DNA of 64,000 nucleotides from Salisapilia sapeloensis CBS 127946 (lineage: Eukaryota; Protista; Oomycota): contig JAADVB010000015.1 of assembly GCA_023334545.1 (NCBI GenBank), positions 62,001 to 126,000 of the forward strand, read 5' to 3'. Under the pieces are notes generated by a model. It searched no databases. It was given only the letters and a program-made list of their open reading frames with translations, and was not told the DNA's origin. The position numbers and the translations under genes were made by a program. Below, in pieces: positions 36,811 to 47,284 of the stretch. Numbering within the stretch: the first letter of the stretch is position 1; each line of letters starts with the position of its first letter.

Positions 36811-38001
36811 TTACTTGCCCGTCTTTTGGAACTCGTCCCAAGCCGTGTTGACGGCTGCGAAGACGCGCTCGGCGATCAGCAGCTGCTCGGCACTGCGGCC
36901 GCTGCTCTTGTCCGGGTGGACGACGATCATGGCCTTTCGGTAATACTTTTTCACGTCGTTCGGCTGCAGGAGCTTGCCCATGTTCACCTCTGTCCATTTG
37001 GAGCCTTCCCACATGACGTTGTGCATAGTCGACAAGAGCGTACGGATGTTCTTCACGCGGCCATTGTCCTCTGCCCAGGCCTTGAGCTTCGGACCGAGGA
37101 CTGTGCCGGCGCTCTCTTTCTGCGCACTTAGTGTCTTGGCGCTCTCCTCTCGCTGCCGCAGCTCATCCCGCGCCTTTGCCATGCCCTGCTGAATCCTCTG
37201 TTCCCTCTCTTCCATGGCCCGTCGAACATCCTCCGACTTGGTTGCTTTGTCCACTTTACTAGCGTCGTAGACGTTCGAGCCGTCGTAGGAAGTGCCTTGG
37301 TACGCCTGCATCTCAGCCATGGTGACAGGACCGACAGTTTGGTTGGTCTCGTCGTCAAATTTGGGAGACTCTTTGTACGCCTGCTTTACAGGCGCTTTCT
37401 TCTTTGTCTGTGGAGGTGCATCGTTCATCAAGTCAATGTTCGAGCCTCCAGATAAAAAGTCTTGGGCTGGGGATGCTTGTGGAGGTTTGGATTTGGCCTC
37501 CTTTGCTGCAGGCCGCTTCTCACTGTACGCTGGCTCTGCCGATGCCTCCCTCCGCTTGGGGCTTGGAGCTCGATACGGAGGGCGCTTGTCACTGTATGTT
37601 GGTTCTGCAGGCGTTTCCCTCCGTTTGGGACTCGGAGCTTGATACGAAGCAGGAGACTGAGGCTTGTACGATGGCTGCATCGGTTTTCGACGGAAGACCA
37701 GTCCTCGTTTAACTGGTCGGCGAAGGCGCAGGAGTTTGCATATCACGCGTCCGTTCACCATAGGAATGCGAGTACTAGGATCAGAGACATCAAGCCAGAA
37801 GAAGGTCTTTTGTCCGGCCTTGGTCGTGTGATTCAGTCGAAAGCGAAAGTGGAATTGAGAGGCGTTTCCGAGGGGAAATGCTCGCTGCACGTCTGCAAAA
37901 GTGACTTCCGAGGAGTCTCCGATGCGGAAGGCATTCGGGTGCGATCGTTCTTCCCCATCCTCACCCTGGACAAAGTAAAAGGCCCACACACCGCTATCCA
38001 T
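36811..38001 (-). CDS. N-terminal DIX domain + C-terminal auxilin-type J-domain protein
   Basis: N: VTFADVQRAF..FHFRFR..WLDVSDPSTRIPMVNGRVICKLL. C: KNIRTLLSTMHNVMWEGSKW..VKKYYRKAMIVVHPDK..IAERVF..VNTAWDEF. Confidence 0.85.
   Translation of the reverse strand: MDSGVWAFYFVQGEDGEERSHPNAFRIGDSSEVTFADVQRAFPLGNASQFHFRFRLNHTTKAGQKTFFWLDVSDPSTRIPMVNGRVICKLLRLRRPVKRGLVFRRKPMQPSYKPQSPASYQAPSPKRRETPAEPTYSDKRPPYRAPSPKRREASAEPAYSEKRPAAKEAKSKPPQASPAQDFLSGGSNIDLMNDAPPQTKKKAPVKQAYKESPKFDDETNQTVGPVTMAEMQAYQGTSYDGSNVYDASKVDKATKSEDVRRAMEEREQRIQQGMAKARDELRQREESAKTLSAQKESAGTVLGPKLKAWAEDNGRVKNIRTLLSTMHNVMWEGSKWTEVNMGKLLQPNDVKKYYRKAMIVVHPDKSSGRSAEQLLIAERVFAAVNTAWDEFQKTGK
37512..37645 (-). repeat. Two imperfect 69-bp tandem coding repeats (Y[QR]APSPKRRExxAEPxYSxKRP)
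   Basis: Visible at DNA and protein level, units ~37512-37576 and ~37581-37645. Confidence 0.85.
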
Positions 38002-38212
38002 GACACTTTTTACAATTTATGCGTCTAGAGTCGTATCAGTTTTGTTGTACAAGACATACAATATTCAAGTGAATTGACGAGGAAGCGTGGTATCTCGAAC
38101 GCGATCTTCAAGAGAAGGATACTTGCTGGTAAGCTGCGTATTGATCCGACTGAATGATCGGATGTGCCATTTGCAGCTGGTGCGAGTACGTTATATATAT
38201 TTATGGCTTTGT

Positions 38213-39750
38213 CTAGGGGAATTTGTCGTACACGCCAAAATCGCTTCTAGTCGACACCCGGGAGGCCTTGGAGAAGCGCAACCACGCCAGCACGAGAACA
38301 CTGCAGCTGGCGCTGACGACGAAGACGCCGTCAAAATAGAGCTGAAAGCCATCAAAGTCAATACCTCCAACGACTTGGTCGATGTGGTCCCGATGCTCCT
38401 GCTTTAAGTTCATGCGCATGAGGACAAAGGCCGATACAAAGTACATGCCCATGAGGTGCGCAAACACGAGGACGACGCTGTTGGACCAGACGATGCTCGA
38501 CCACTCACGAAACACTTTCACGAGTGTCACCAAGAACCCTCTTGTCTGCGTGATCACCAGCACGCCCACAAGAGCGAGAGACGCCATCTCTGACACCTCC
38601 CGGACGTCCACGACCAAGGACGCGTCCGGGTATATGTACAAGAGCTTTTCGATCGCATCCGAGATCGGATCCTTGTCTCTATTCCGCCGAAAGACGACGT
38701 TGGCGGTGCTCGTGACCATCTTGTAGAGGCAAAAGGCAGACAGGACGTAGCCGAAGAAGTTGAGCATCCGACCCTGGACCGTTCGTGCCTTTTGTGATCG
38801 CATCTGAATGTCCCGAAGGTCGTGTAACTCGAGAAACATTTCTCTACCTAGGTTGTTTAGTGTCTTGATCTCTGCTTTGAGTCCTTCGACGAAATCTTGA
38901 TGACTGCTTTCCGATGGCGCACGCAAGGGAGAAGGTGTGAGGGCGTTCCAGACGCGAGTAGACAACGAAAGGGTCTCTGCTTTATCATGACGGTGCACTC
39001 GTCGCTCTAAACTCAATCGCTTCTTTTTAGCGGATAGTAGCTGTAGGTTGTGTAGAAGCCTCCTCTCCAACGACTCGATGTCGTCCTCAGCGATATGCTG
39101 CCAGCAAAATGAGAGGTATTCGTATGGACAGTTGACGGCACCGAAGCCTGATAGCGTGGCCATCACCACGACACCAAGAAGTCCTACACGACTGACGGCA
39201 TGTCGGATGGAGAAAATGGCTATTGAACATGAAAGAATGAGATTGGGATGCGGTCATGACACAAGGATAGGAACGTACTCTGGAATGAAAGGGGCACGGC
39301 GATTTCACCATCGAGCAAAGCTCCAAGTTTCCAGAATGAGGGTAAGTAGATGATAAAGGTGCATGCGGCTACGATGAAGGAAGTCTTGCGTCCAAGGCCG
39401 TACTCTCTGCTTACGGTGAAGAAGAGGGCGAGAGGAATGAAGACTATGAGGAGGTACGTGATCACGCCGAGATTCACTCGCCATCCCCACAGTCTAGATC
39501 TGGATGAAAGCAGTCCTGTCACTTCGCACAGGATGAGTTGAGCTAGACTGAGAGAGAAAGTGAAGGATGCCCCGAAGAGCAGTCGCGGGACCGGACTTCG
39601 CACTTCATAGTCGCGAAAGAGTCGAGCGGAAAAGAAATGCCGGGCTATGAGGTAGAAGACAACCCATCCACCGCATATGACGGTCAGGTCTCGCACTGGG
39701 AGCGTCGGAGCCGTCGCGAGTAGCTCCGGACTCAAGCTCACCTCTTGCAT
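38213..39750 (-). CDS. GPR89: Golgi pH regulator / GPR89 (GTG-type) multi-TM protein; 3 exons
   Basis: LFGASFTFSLSLAQLILCEV, SRVSVVGLLGVVVMATLSGFGAVNCPYEYL, GRMLNFFGYVLSAFCLYKM..NVVFRR..KDPIS, GMYFVSAFVLMRMNL. Confidence 0.9.
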
Positions 39751-39852
39751 TGATGCGTTTGTTCGTGTTGGTGCCACGACTTGCGCATTTTAGATATAAT
39801 CAGATAGCATGCGTATTTAGGAGCTTGAACAGCCTTTTGGCTAGAAACGGCA

Positions 39853-42800
39853 ATGAGTGCCACGAGCGATCGGGAGCCAGATAGTCTGTGGGATGCGTTC
39901 GAAGCGTTCAATGTTCGAGCTCAGGAGAGAGTGGAGAGATTGATTGCGGCTACGGACAAGGAGCTGTATGCACCAATCGATGAAGACGAGCCTTTTCAAG
40001 ACGAAGAGCAACTGTGCTCGGATGATGCGCATCTTCGGAGAACGTCCGAGCAGCTGAGAGCATTGGCCATTCCACCGTTCGTCAACTGGAAACGGACATT
40101 TGCCTACCTTCGGATTGATGGCAAGTCATTTTCGGAAGAGACGGCTTTGGATATCTCTGAGAGCAGTCATGTCGAGGCAGTGCTTGCCATGCAGTACGAC
40201 AACTCTTCAGCGTTAGTGGAAGAAGCGGAAGTTGTTGAACAGCATGACGTGGAGAGTGATACACACAGCGAACTAGACGAAAGTGTTGAATTAGTACTAG
40301 ATGAGTTAACGACGCGCTTATTTTCAAGTATGGTCGCACCGGCAGTAGTTCAGACAGCCGAGTCGCTGCTCCAAGCAAAGCAAATATGGTTACGAACTGT
40401 ACGTGAGGAGGAAGAGCGACGCAGAGTAGAATTAGAACGAAGGAGACAGGAAGAGGAAGACCGACGGATGGAAGTGCAGAGACGAAAAAGAGCCAAAGAG
40501 CGAATGGAGCTTGATCAGGCAATGAACGATTTGGTCTGTGGTGTAGTTCAGAAAGCAAAAGCCCAGAAAAAATCAGAAGAGCAATACAGAGTGGTGATGG
40601 AACGAATTAAACAAGAAGAGGAAGAAAGAAGACTCGAAATGGAGAGAAGAGAGAAAGCCAAGGATCGAATGGAACTTGAAAATGCGATGGATGGTTTGGT
40701 GTATGGCGTCGAGCAAAAGATAGAGAGTCAGAGGATACGAGAGGACAAGCAGCGGTTGGAGAAGCTTTGGAAGAAACAAGTGGAAATGGAAGTACATGAT
40801 CTAATGAACTACATCCTGAATGGAATTGAAGAGTCAATTTACCACGAACAACTGCGTGCTAAACGAAATGTAGAAGAGCAAGCAGCACGGTGGCGGCAGG
40901 AATTGGAGGAAGTTGACTTGATCCTAAGACAATTGTCGGAAGGGATTGAAGAAAGCGAACATTTTAGAGAGGTGAGTCTCGCAATCCGTCAGATACAAGA
41001 GATACTCGTAGATCAAGGCGAAATAGCGGAAGTGCAAGAGCAGTTGGACGATCTACTTGGTCAAGTGAGTGACCAGGCAGAGTTGGATGAAGTGTGGCTG
41101 GGAATTGAAAGGTTGCGGGAGTCAGTTGTCGACGCAGCTAATAAGACAGCACCAGAGGCTATAGCCTACGCGGAGGAAGAGCCATCGATGAGCTATATTA
41201 TGCATTCCATAAGTTCCTGCATAGAAAAGGAAGAATTGCTAGGCGAACGGCTAGGACATGGCAATAACCCCAATTGCGATGAGCAGTTGGTAGAAGGCAT
41301 TGACAGCAACAATACGAGTGTTCAAAGTGCTGATCAAGAGCACAATGACCTTGGATCAGCAGAAAGATATAATTCAGAGCATATCGGGCACAAGGAAGAG
41401 GTAAAACTGTGTGACGAGTTATCTAGTCCAAGTTTGGATGTGGAACATGCAATAGACAAGGATTACGTCGAGACTATGGAAGCAACGCAAGCAGATTTTT
41501 TGACTGATTCGTTCAATGTGATCAATGCTAGCTTTAGCGAAGCAGATGACACTTTTGCAAAGGATGGACGTACAGATGAACATGCCGATGATGTCCTCGC
41601 AGCAATGGAATTGATGGTAGACTACATCCTCTCCCATGATGACGACGTCGACACAGCTACAGTGGAGTTGGAACGAAAGGAGCCTGGGTACGATGATGAA
41701 GTAACCCGCGTAATGCAAAGGATGCTCTATTGCTTAGAGCAAGCAGACGATCGTTCGACAGACACACTGGGCTTGATTAGAGAGGTACCAGAGGAATATG
41801 TATTGGAGACCTCCACCTCGAAGGTCCAAAGAGATAAAGCTACTATTCTCCAAGATGAGGCATCCTTAACTCCTTTTGGTGATAAAGTTACAGAAAGTGG
41901 TGAACTGCAGTTCATACTGAGCGAGATACTTGTCATGCTTGACCCTACTGGAGAGGTTGACGACGTTGAGTGCATGCCAACGACCTCGGATACCTCAGCA
42001 AATATGAAGACAGATGAAGAACAGTTGGAAGATGCTGTGATTGACAATGTTCTGGGGATGCTGCTTGTATCGGCAATGAAGACAGAGCAGAAAAGCACGT
42101 CTGGTATTCTGGACGAGATGCTCACGATGGTGGTAGACGGTTATAGCGCACATCCCGAACCGAAGCTTGTCGATTGTGAAGAAGATGGATGCGTGCAGGA
42201 GATTATGAACGATTTAATTGATGCAACTGAACAGAAACCAGAGTGTATCTATATAGATGCAGTTGATAGAGATAAAGCTGAGATGGCTCGAGATATCATC
42301 CAGGAACTTGTTATGACGATTGAGATGGATCACGATGTCGAGGATCATTTAAACGAAGTACAAGATCAAATTTCATCAGTCGTTGCCGATGTTCAACTTG
42401 ATCAACAGGTAGAAGAACAGACAGAAGAACAAAGAGCAGAGGAAAGCGAGGCTTCTAGGTCGTCAACATCAAACTTTATGCCAGATGAAAAGGTCCAAGG
42501 ACAAGGTAGTGCCATTTTTGACATTCCATCTCTTCTAGACGAAGCTACTGATGTAAATACCTTTGTGGGCGGTGGTCAAGCTATTTCTACATCAATGGAT
42601 AGTCCAGAAAAAGCGCTTTTGTCAGATGATGCTGTCGATGACACTCCAGGACTTCTCATAGAAACTACTGACGTGGAAATGCATGTGGACGATTATGCAA
42701 GCACTTCTGCAGTAGTGCAGGGTTCGGAGAGGGACGTTTTCGTAGACTCTGAAGACGCTTTGATCGCAATAGAAGAGTCTCCCTTTGTAAGAAGAGACAT

Positions 42801-44061
42801 GGCAGGAGTGGATATCCAACAACAAGTACAGTGGACAGATCCTGAAAATGACTCTGTCGATTTGGAAGAGTATGCTGACGGTAGGGAAGATGCGGACGAT
42901 ATAGACACCATACTTGAGGAGAAGGATGATCCACACACCGTCAGGTCAGATGTAGGTGGACGCATAGTTACAGAATTTATTCGCGAAGGTGTCGAGCAAT
43001 ATCTCCATGAAACAGTGTCGATGGCTTTAGCACAAGTCGCTTCCTCTATATATGAGAAGCTTCAGCTAGAGCTCTTAAAAGGTGAAAGAGAAGCAGACGC
43101 TACTGCTGACCTTCAGACTCTTGATGAGCTTGCGGGGACACAAACCGAGAATCTAGACGATCAAGAAAATGAAAGGGTATGTGGAGATGAAGCACCGATC
43201 GTCCGTGAGACTGCATCAATAGGAAACTCAACGGAGGCATACTCCAATAGGTCCTCTGAAAGTCTGGAAGAAGCCATTGTTCAAGATGAATATCCTCAAG
43301 TACTTCTTCATACGCCATCGATGAATTCTTTTGTGAGTGAAGATGAAGACGTGATAGGGATGGATGGACCTAGGCAGTGTGTATACGAGACGGTTGAGAT
43401 ACAAACGGAGGACGAGCGAGAAAAAATACTAAAAGTTGACAAGGAAATCCAGCCATCACGATCCTTGCAGGCGTTTGGAGTGGATCAAGAGACACAGACT
43501 AGCGGACAAGAGTCCACCTCAAGCACAGAGACTCGACCCACCTTGCAAGGAAAAGACAAAGTCGGGAAAGAAGAACAGTCTCCACTAACACTCGAGATTC
43601 CGAGTCGGCACGAGCTCGATACTGAAGAGGAAGTCTGGATGGGATCCACAGTCTACTCTCCGCATCGTGAAGTGCATCGTGCTGAGAATAGATACTTTGG
43701 TCGTCGAGGTCGCCACTTGATGTACACAACGCCGGTGTTGGAGGCACACCGACGGGCGACGAGTCCTCAGCATCCCAGAAGTCCTGTTCTACCAGCATCA
43801 CCAGAGCCAAGTCCTCGCGCTCGTCGACTACAGGCTGCTCATCCAGCTTCCCCAACACCCCCGTCACCACGCCGAGGCTCTGACGAAGTGTACGTTCGCT
43901 TACCGATCATCCCTCGAGCCACATCACCCACGACGTTTGAAACCAAGAAACTCTTGTCAAGTCTGCACAAGCTATCATCGAGGCACACTGCGTTCGACTC
44001 TCTATCGCCAACGAAACCCAGGTCGTCCATACGACCACTGCCTTCGCCCAACAATCGCTAG
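39853..44061 (+). CDS. Large (1402 aa) acidic low-complexity / coiled-coil protein with dispersed amphipathic-helix repeats
   Basis: Single 4.2-kb ORF, Glu/Asp-rich, with a duplicated ERMELxxAMxxLVxGVxQK unit and a Pro/Ser/Arg-rich C-terminus. No family recognised. Confidence 0.85.
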   Translation: MSATSDREPDSLWDAFEAFNVRAQERVERLIAATDKELYAPIDEDEPFQDEEQLCSDDAHLRRTSEQLRALAIPPFVNWKRTFAYLRIDGKSFSEETALDISESSHVEAVLAMQYDNSSALVEEAEVVEQHDVESDTHSELDESVELVLDELTTRLFSSMVAPAVVQTAESLLQAKQIWLRTVREEEERRRVELERRRQEEEDRRMEVQRRKRAKERMELDQAMNDLVCGVVQKAKAQKKSEEQYRVVMERIKQEEEERRLEMERREKAKDRMELENAMDGLVYGVEQKIESQRIREDKQRLEKLWKKQVEMEVHDLMNYILNGIEESIYHEQLRAKRNVEEQAARWRQELEEVDLILRQLSEGIEESEHFREVSLAIRQIQEILVDQGEIAEVQEQLDDLLGQVSDQAELDEVWLGIERLRESVVDAANKTAPEAIAYAEEEPSMSYIMHSISSCIEKEELLGERLGHGNNPNCDEQLVEGIDSNNTSVQSADQEHNDLGSAERYNSEHIGHKEEVKLCDELSSPSLDVEHAIDKDYVETMEATQADFLTDSFNVINASFSEADDTFAKDGRTDEHADDVLAAMELMVDYILSHDDDVDTATVELERKEPGYDDEVTRVMQRMLYCLEQADDRSTDTLGLIREVPEEYVLETSTSKVQRDKATILQDEASLTPFGDKVTESGELQFILSEILVMLDPTGEVDDVECMPTTSDTSANMKTDEEQLEDAVIDNVLGMLLVSAMKTEQKSTSGILDEMLTMVVDGYSAHPEPKLVDCEEDGCVQEIMNDLIDATEQKPECIYIDAVDRDKAEMARDIIQELVMTIEMDHDVEDHLNEVQDQISSVVADVQLDQQVEEQTEEQRAEESEASRSSTSNFMPDEKVQGQGSAIFDIPSLLDEATDVNTFVGGGQAISTSMDSPEKALLSDDAVDDTPGLLIETTDVEMHVDDYASTSAVVQGSERDVFVDSEDALIAIEESPFVRRDMAGVDIQQQVQWTDPENDSVDLEEYADGREDADDIDTILEEKDDPHTVRSDVGGRIVTEFIREGVEQYLHETVSMALAQVASSIYEKLQLELLKGEREADATADLQTLDELAGTQTENLDDQENERVCGDEAPIVRETASIGNSTEAYSNRSSESLEEAIVQDEYPQVLLHTPSMNSFVSEDEDVIGMDGPRQCVYETVEIQTEDEREKILKVDKEIQPSRSLQAFGVDQETQTSGQESTSSTETRPTLQGKDKVGKEEQSPLTLEIPSRHELDTEEEVWMGSTVYSPHREVHRAENRYFGRRGRHLMYTTPVLEAHRRATSPQHPRSPVLPASPEPSPRARRLQAAHPASPTPPSPRRGSDEVYVRLPIIPRATSPTTFETKKLLSSLHKLSSRHTAFDSLSPTKPRSSIRPLPSPNNR

Positions 44062-44135
44062 AACAAGTATTCTCTTTTCCCATTTCGATTTATTTCTCTC
44101 TTACTCGTAGCAAAAGCCAAACATCGTCTTCGGTC

Positions 44136-45791
44136 TTACTTGGCAGGCCAGGCCTTTTTCCCTTGCATCACCGCCTCAATATCCTCCACCGTGCGCGGCA
44201 CGTTCGTCATATTCTCCACGCCGTCGGCCGTCACGATCACATCCGTCTCGATACGCACACCCCCAGAGCCACGGAAGCGCTGGAGCATCTCCTGATTGAC
44301 GAACTTGGCAGTCTCCGGCTTGCTCAGCACGTCCTTGATCTGGGCTTCGATAAAGTAGCACCCAGGCTCGATCGTCAGTACCATGTTCTTCTCCAGAGTC
44401 CGGACGCAGCGCAAGCGACCGAGGATCTTACTCGTAGAGCGCTCGTATCCGACAGGGAAGCCCCCAACGTCGTGCACGTCGAGACCCATGAGGTGGCCCA
44501 TGCCCGTCGGGAAGAAGTAGGCAGAGATCTCGTGGTCCATGAGCTCGTCTACCGTTCCGTTCTGGAAGAGTCCAACCTCCAGCAAGTACTGTGTTAGCAC
44601 TCGGTGGGACAGGAGGTGCATATCGACCCACGTGACGCCAGGTCGAATGGCGTCCATCACGGCATCATGCGACTTCTTGACGCCGTTATAGATAAGGCGC
44701 TGGTCTGGCGTGAACTTGCCGTTCACAGGGAAGGTGCAGGTGATGTCCGAGGCGTACCCGTGCAGCGCAGCCCCCATGTCGTTCAGCAACAAGTCTCCGT
44801 CTTCCAGCCGACGGTCGTTCGGAGCACCTGGATGACCGTAGTGCAGCGTCGAGGCGTTGTGTCCACTGCCGCAGATGCACGTGTAGGCATAGAGTCTAGC
44901 TCCTCCCTTCGAGTAGCACTGGTGGAGGAACTCGCTCTCGGCGTGGAACTCCATTCGTCCTGGCTTCATCCGCAGCATGACCTGGACGTGCGCCTGGGAG
45001 CTGAGTGAGTTGACGAAGCGCATGAGCTCCAGCTCCTTCTCCGTCTTGATGAGCCGCTGCTCACACAGGATCGGGTGCAGCGTCATTAAGTCACGCTCAA
45101 AGTCCTCGATGCCGTCAAAGGTGGAGGTGGTCGCCGTCGTGAGTCCGCTGTCCGTGTTCTTCCCGTGCAAGAGGTAGAGCTTCTCGACAGCGAACTCGTT
45201 CTTGAGGACGTGGTGCATCTCGTCCATGAAGAAGACAAAGTCCACCTTGTACTGGGCCTTGAAGTAGCTCAAGGCCTTGCGCTCGCCACACCAGAGCTCC
45301 CACTCGTCACTCAAGCGAGGGACGAAGAGAATGCTCTTCATCGACTCTAGGTCGATGGCTCCAGCGCATCCAGGCTCTCGAACACCAAAGAGATACTGGA
45401 AGAAGCTCTCTTGGCGGAACATGTACTGCGTGTCCGTGTCGTAGTGGTCCACTTCGTCTCCGCCATGGAGCAAGACGGCCGATCTCGTCTTCCCAGCAGA
45501 CTTGTCAGCCGCCAAGATGGACGGGATGAGTCGCTGCCGCTGCTGTGCGTGCATAGTGTAGTCGATGGGGAACAGTTCGTATCCCTCGGCAGCATCCGCG
45601 AGTGCCACTGGCGTCATTCCGTTCGTGTGCGCATGTCCGTTATTGGCTGCCGAGATGATACCATCCACTGCGGCTCTCTCAGCCTGCACCTTCTTATACT
45701 TGGCCGTCCGAGACCGCTGCCACAATGCAACGGAGGCAATGGTGGCCGCCGCCGTGGCCGTCGTCAGCACACTCGTCGTCTCCGAGCTCAT
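44136..45791 (-). CDS. PEPD: Xaa-Pro dipeptidase (prolidase, M24B) with N-terminal hydrophobic extension
   Basis: FRQESFFQYLFGVREPG, YTCICGSG..TLHYG, NDMG..GYASDITCTFPVNGKFT, GHLMGLDVHDVGG, TIEPGCYF, GGVRIETDV. Confidence 0.95.
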   Translation of the reverse strand: MSSETTSVLTTATAAATIASVALWQRSRTAKYKKVQAERAAVDGIISAANNGHAHTNGMTPVALADAAEGYELFPIDYTMHAQQRQRLIPSILAADKSAGKTRSAVLLHGGDEVDHYDTDTQYMFRQESFFQYLFGVREPGCAGAIDLESMKSILFVPRLSDEWELWCGERKALSYFKAQYKVDFVFFMDEMHHVLKNEFAVEKLYLLHGKNTDSGLTTATTSTFDGIEDFERDLMTLHPILCEQRLIKTEKELELMRFVNSLSSQAHVQVMLRMKPGRMEFHAESEFLHQCYSKGGARLYAYTCICGSGHNASTLHYGHPGAPNDRRLEDGDLLLNDMGAALHGYASDITCTFPVNGKFTPDQRLIYNGVKKSHDAVMDAIRPGVTWVDMHLLSHRVLTQYLLEVGLFQNGTVDELMDHEISAYFFPTGMGHLMGLDVHDVGGFPVGYERSTSKILGRLRCVRTLEKNMVLTIEPGCYFIEAQIKDVLSKPETAKFVNQEMLQRFRGSGGVRIETDVIVTADGVENMTNVPRTVEDIEAVMQGKKAWPAK

Positions 45792-45961
45792 GTTCGAGAT
45801 ATGAAAATTTCAGTCAGGCGATTGGATATCTTCGTTTTCAGTTAAGTAGTTAAGAACCGTTACCGAAAGTGTGGGGCTATGAGGTTTACGTATGCAGATC
45901 CCGAGTTTGACAAGACAAGTTGTACTTCAATCCCCTCTCCTCCGAAGCTTCATTTTAGAAG

Positions 45962-47254
45962 ATGCAGCGCATTGAACGAGTTAGAGCACACGTCGGCACC
46001 GGGAATGCCAAGGCTGCCACCGAGCAGGCAGACGACGACGTCGTCATTGTCTCCGCCTTCCGCACGCCTGTTACCAAAGCCAGACGCGGCGGTTTCAAGG
46101 ACACCACGCCTGATGTCCTCCTTGGACAGGTTCTCCAGGCGGTGTTGAAGCAGGCGAAACTAGACCCCAAGCGCGTTGGAGATGTTGTTGTTGGCAACGT
46201 CCTCCAGCCTGGATCTGGCGCCAACATGGCCCGTATGGCCCAGTTGGCCGCCGGCATTCCGTACTCGGTTCCGCTGCACACGGTCAACCGTCAGTGCAGC
46301 TCTGGTCTACAGGCCGTCGCGAACGTCGTCTCGGCCATCAAAGCAGGCTACTACGACATTGGCATTGGTGCCGGCGTCGAGTGCATGACGCTAGGGGCCA
46401 TCGGTCAGGACCCGCCGACGGTCGATTGGGACTGGATCGGAGAATCCCCGGATGCCATGGCGTGTACGATCCCCATGGGTATCACGAGTGAAAACGTTGC
46501 GGAGCAGAACGGCATCAATCGCCAGACGCAGGACGAGTTCAGTGCGTACTCGCAGCAAAAGGCCGCCCAGGCGCAGAAGAACGGATACTTTAAGCAAGAG
46601 ATCCAGCCGGTGGCCACCGTCCTCAAGGACAAAGACGGAAACGAGAAGAAGGTCATCATCTCGCAAGACGATGGCGTCCGTGCCAACACGACGGCTGAGG
46701 GACTTGGAAAGCTGAAACCTGCCTTCAAGAAGGGAGGCAGCACGACGGCCGGCAACTCGAGCCAGGTGAGCGACGGAGCTGCGGCCGTGCTGCTCATGCG
46801 TCGATCCGTTGCCAAGGACATGGGTCTATCGGTCCTCGGACGCTTCGTGTCGTACGCCGTGGCCGGTGTCCCTCCGTCGATCATGGGCATTGGTCCGGCC
46901 GTGGCCATCCCGGAGGCCGTCAAGAAGGCTGGACTGACCCTGGACGACATCGACGTGTTCGAAATCAACGAGGCGTTTGCCAGTCAGGCGACGTACTGCG
47001 TTGACAAGCTCGGCATTCCGATGGACAAGGTCAACCCGAACGGTACATATAATTTATGATTTTACAAAGCGATGAGATACTTATAATGAATTGTAGGTGG
47101 AGCAATTGCCTTGGGTCATCCGCTCGGATGCACGGGGGCTCGTATGACGGCGACGTTGATGCACCAGCTGAAGCGCACGGGTAAACGTTATGGAGTTGTT
47201 AGCATGTGCATCGGCACGGGCATGGGCGCCGCTGCTGTGTACGAACACGAGTAA
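45962..47254 (+). CDS. ACAA1: 3-ketoacyl-CoA thiolase, peroxisomal type; 2 exons
   Basis: PTS2-like [49 protein letters not shown] / [30 protein letters not shown]. Intron ~47043-47096. Confidence 0.95.
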
Positions 47255-47284
47255 TCGGAAATGAAACCTCTTTGTTGTTGAAAG

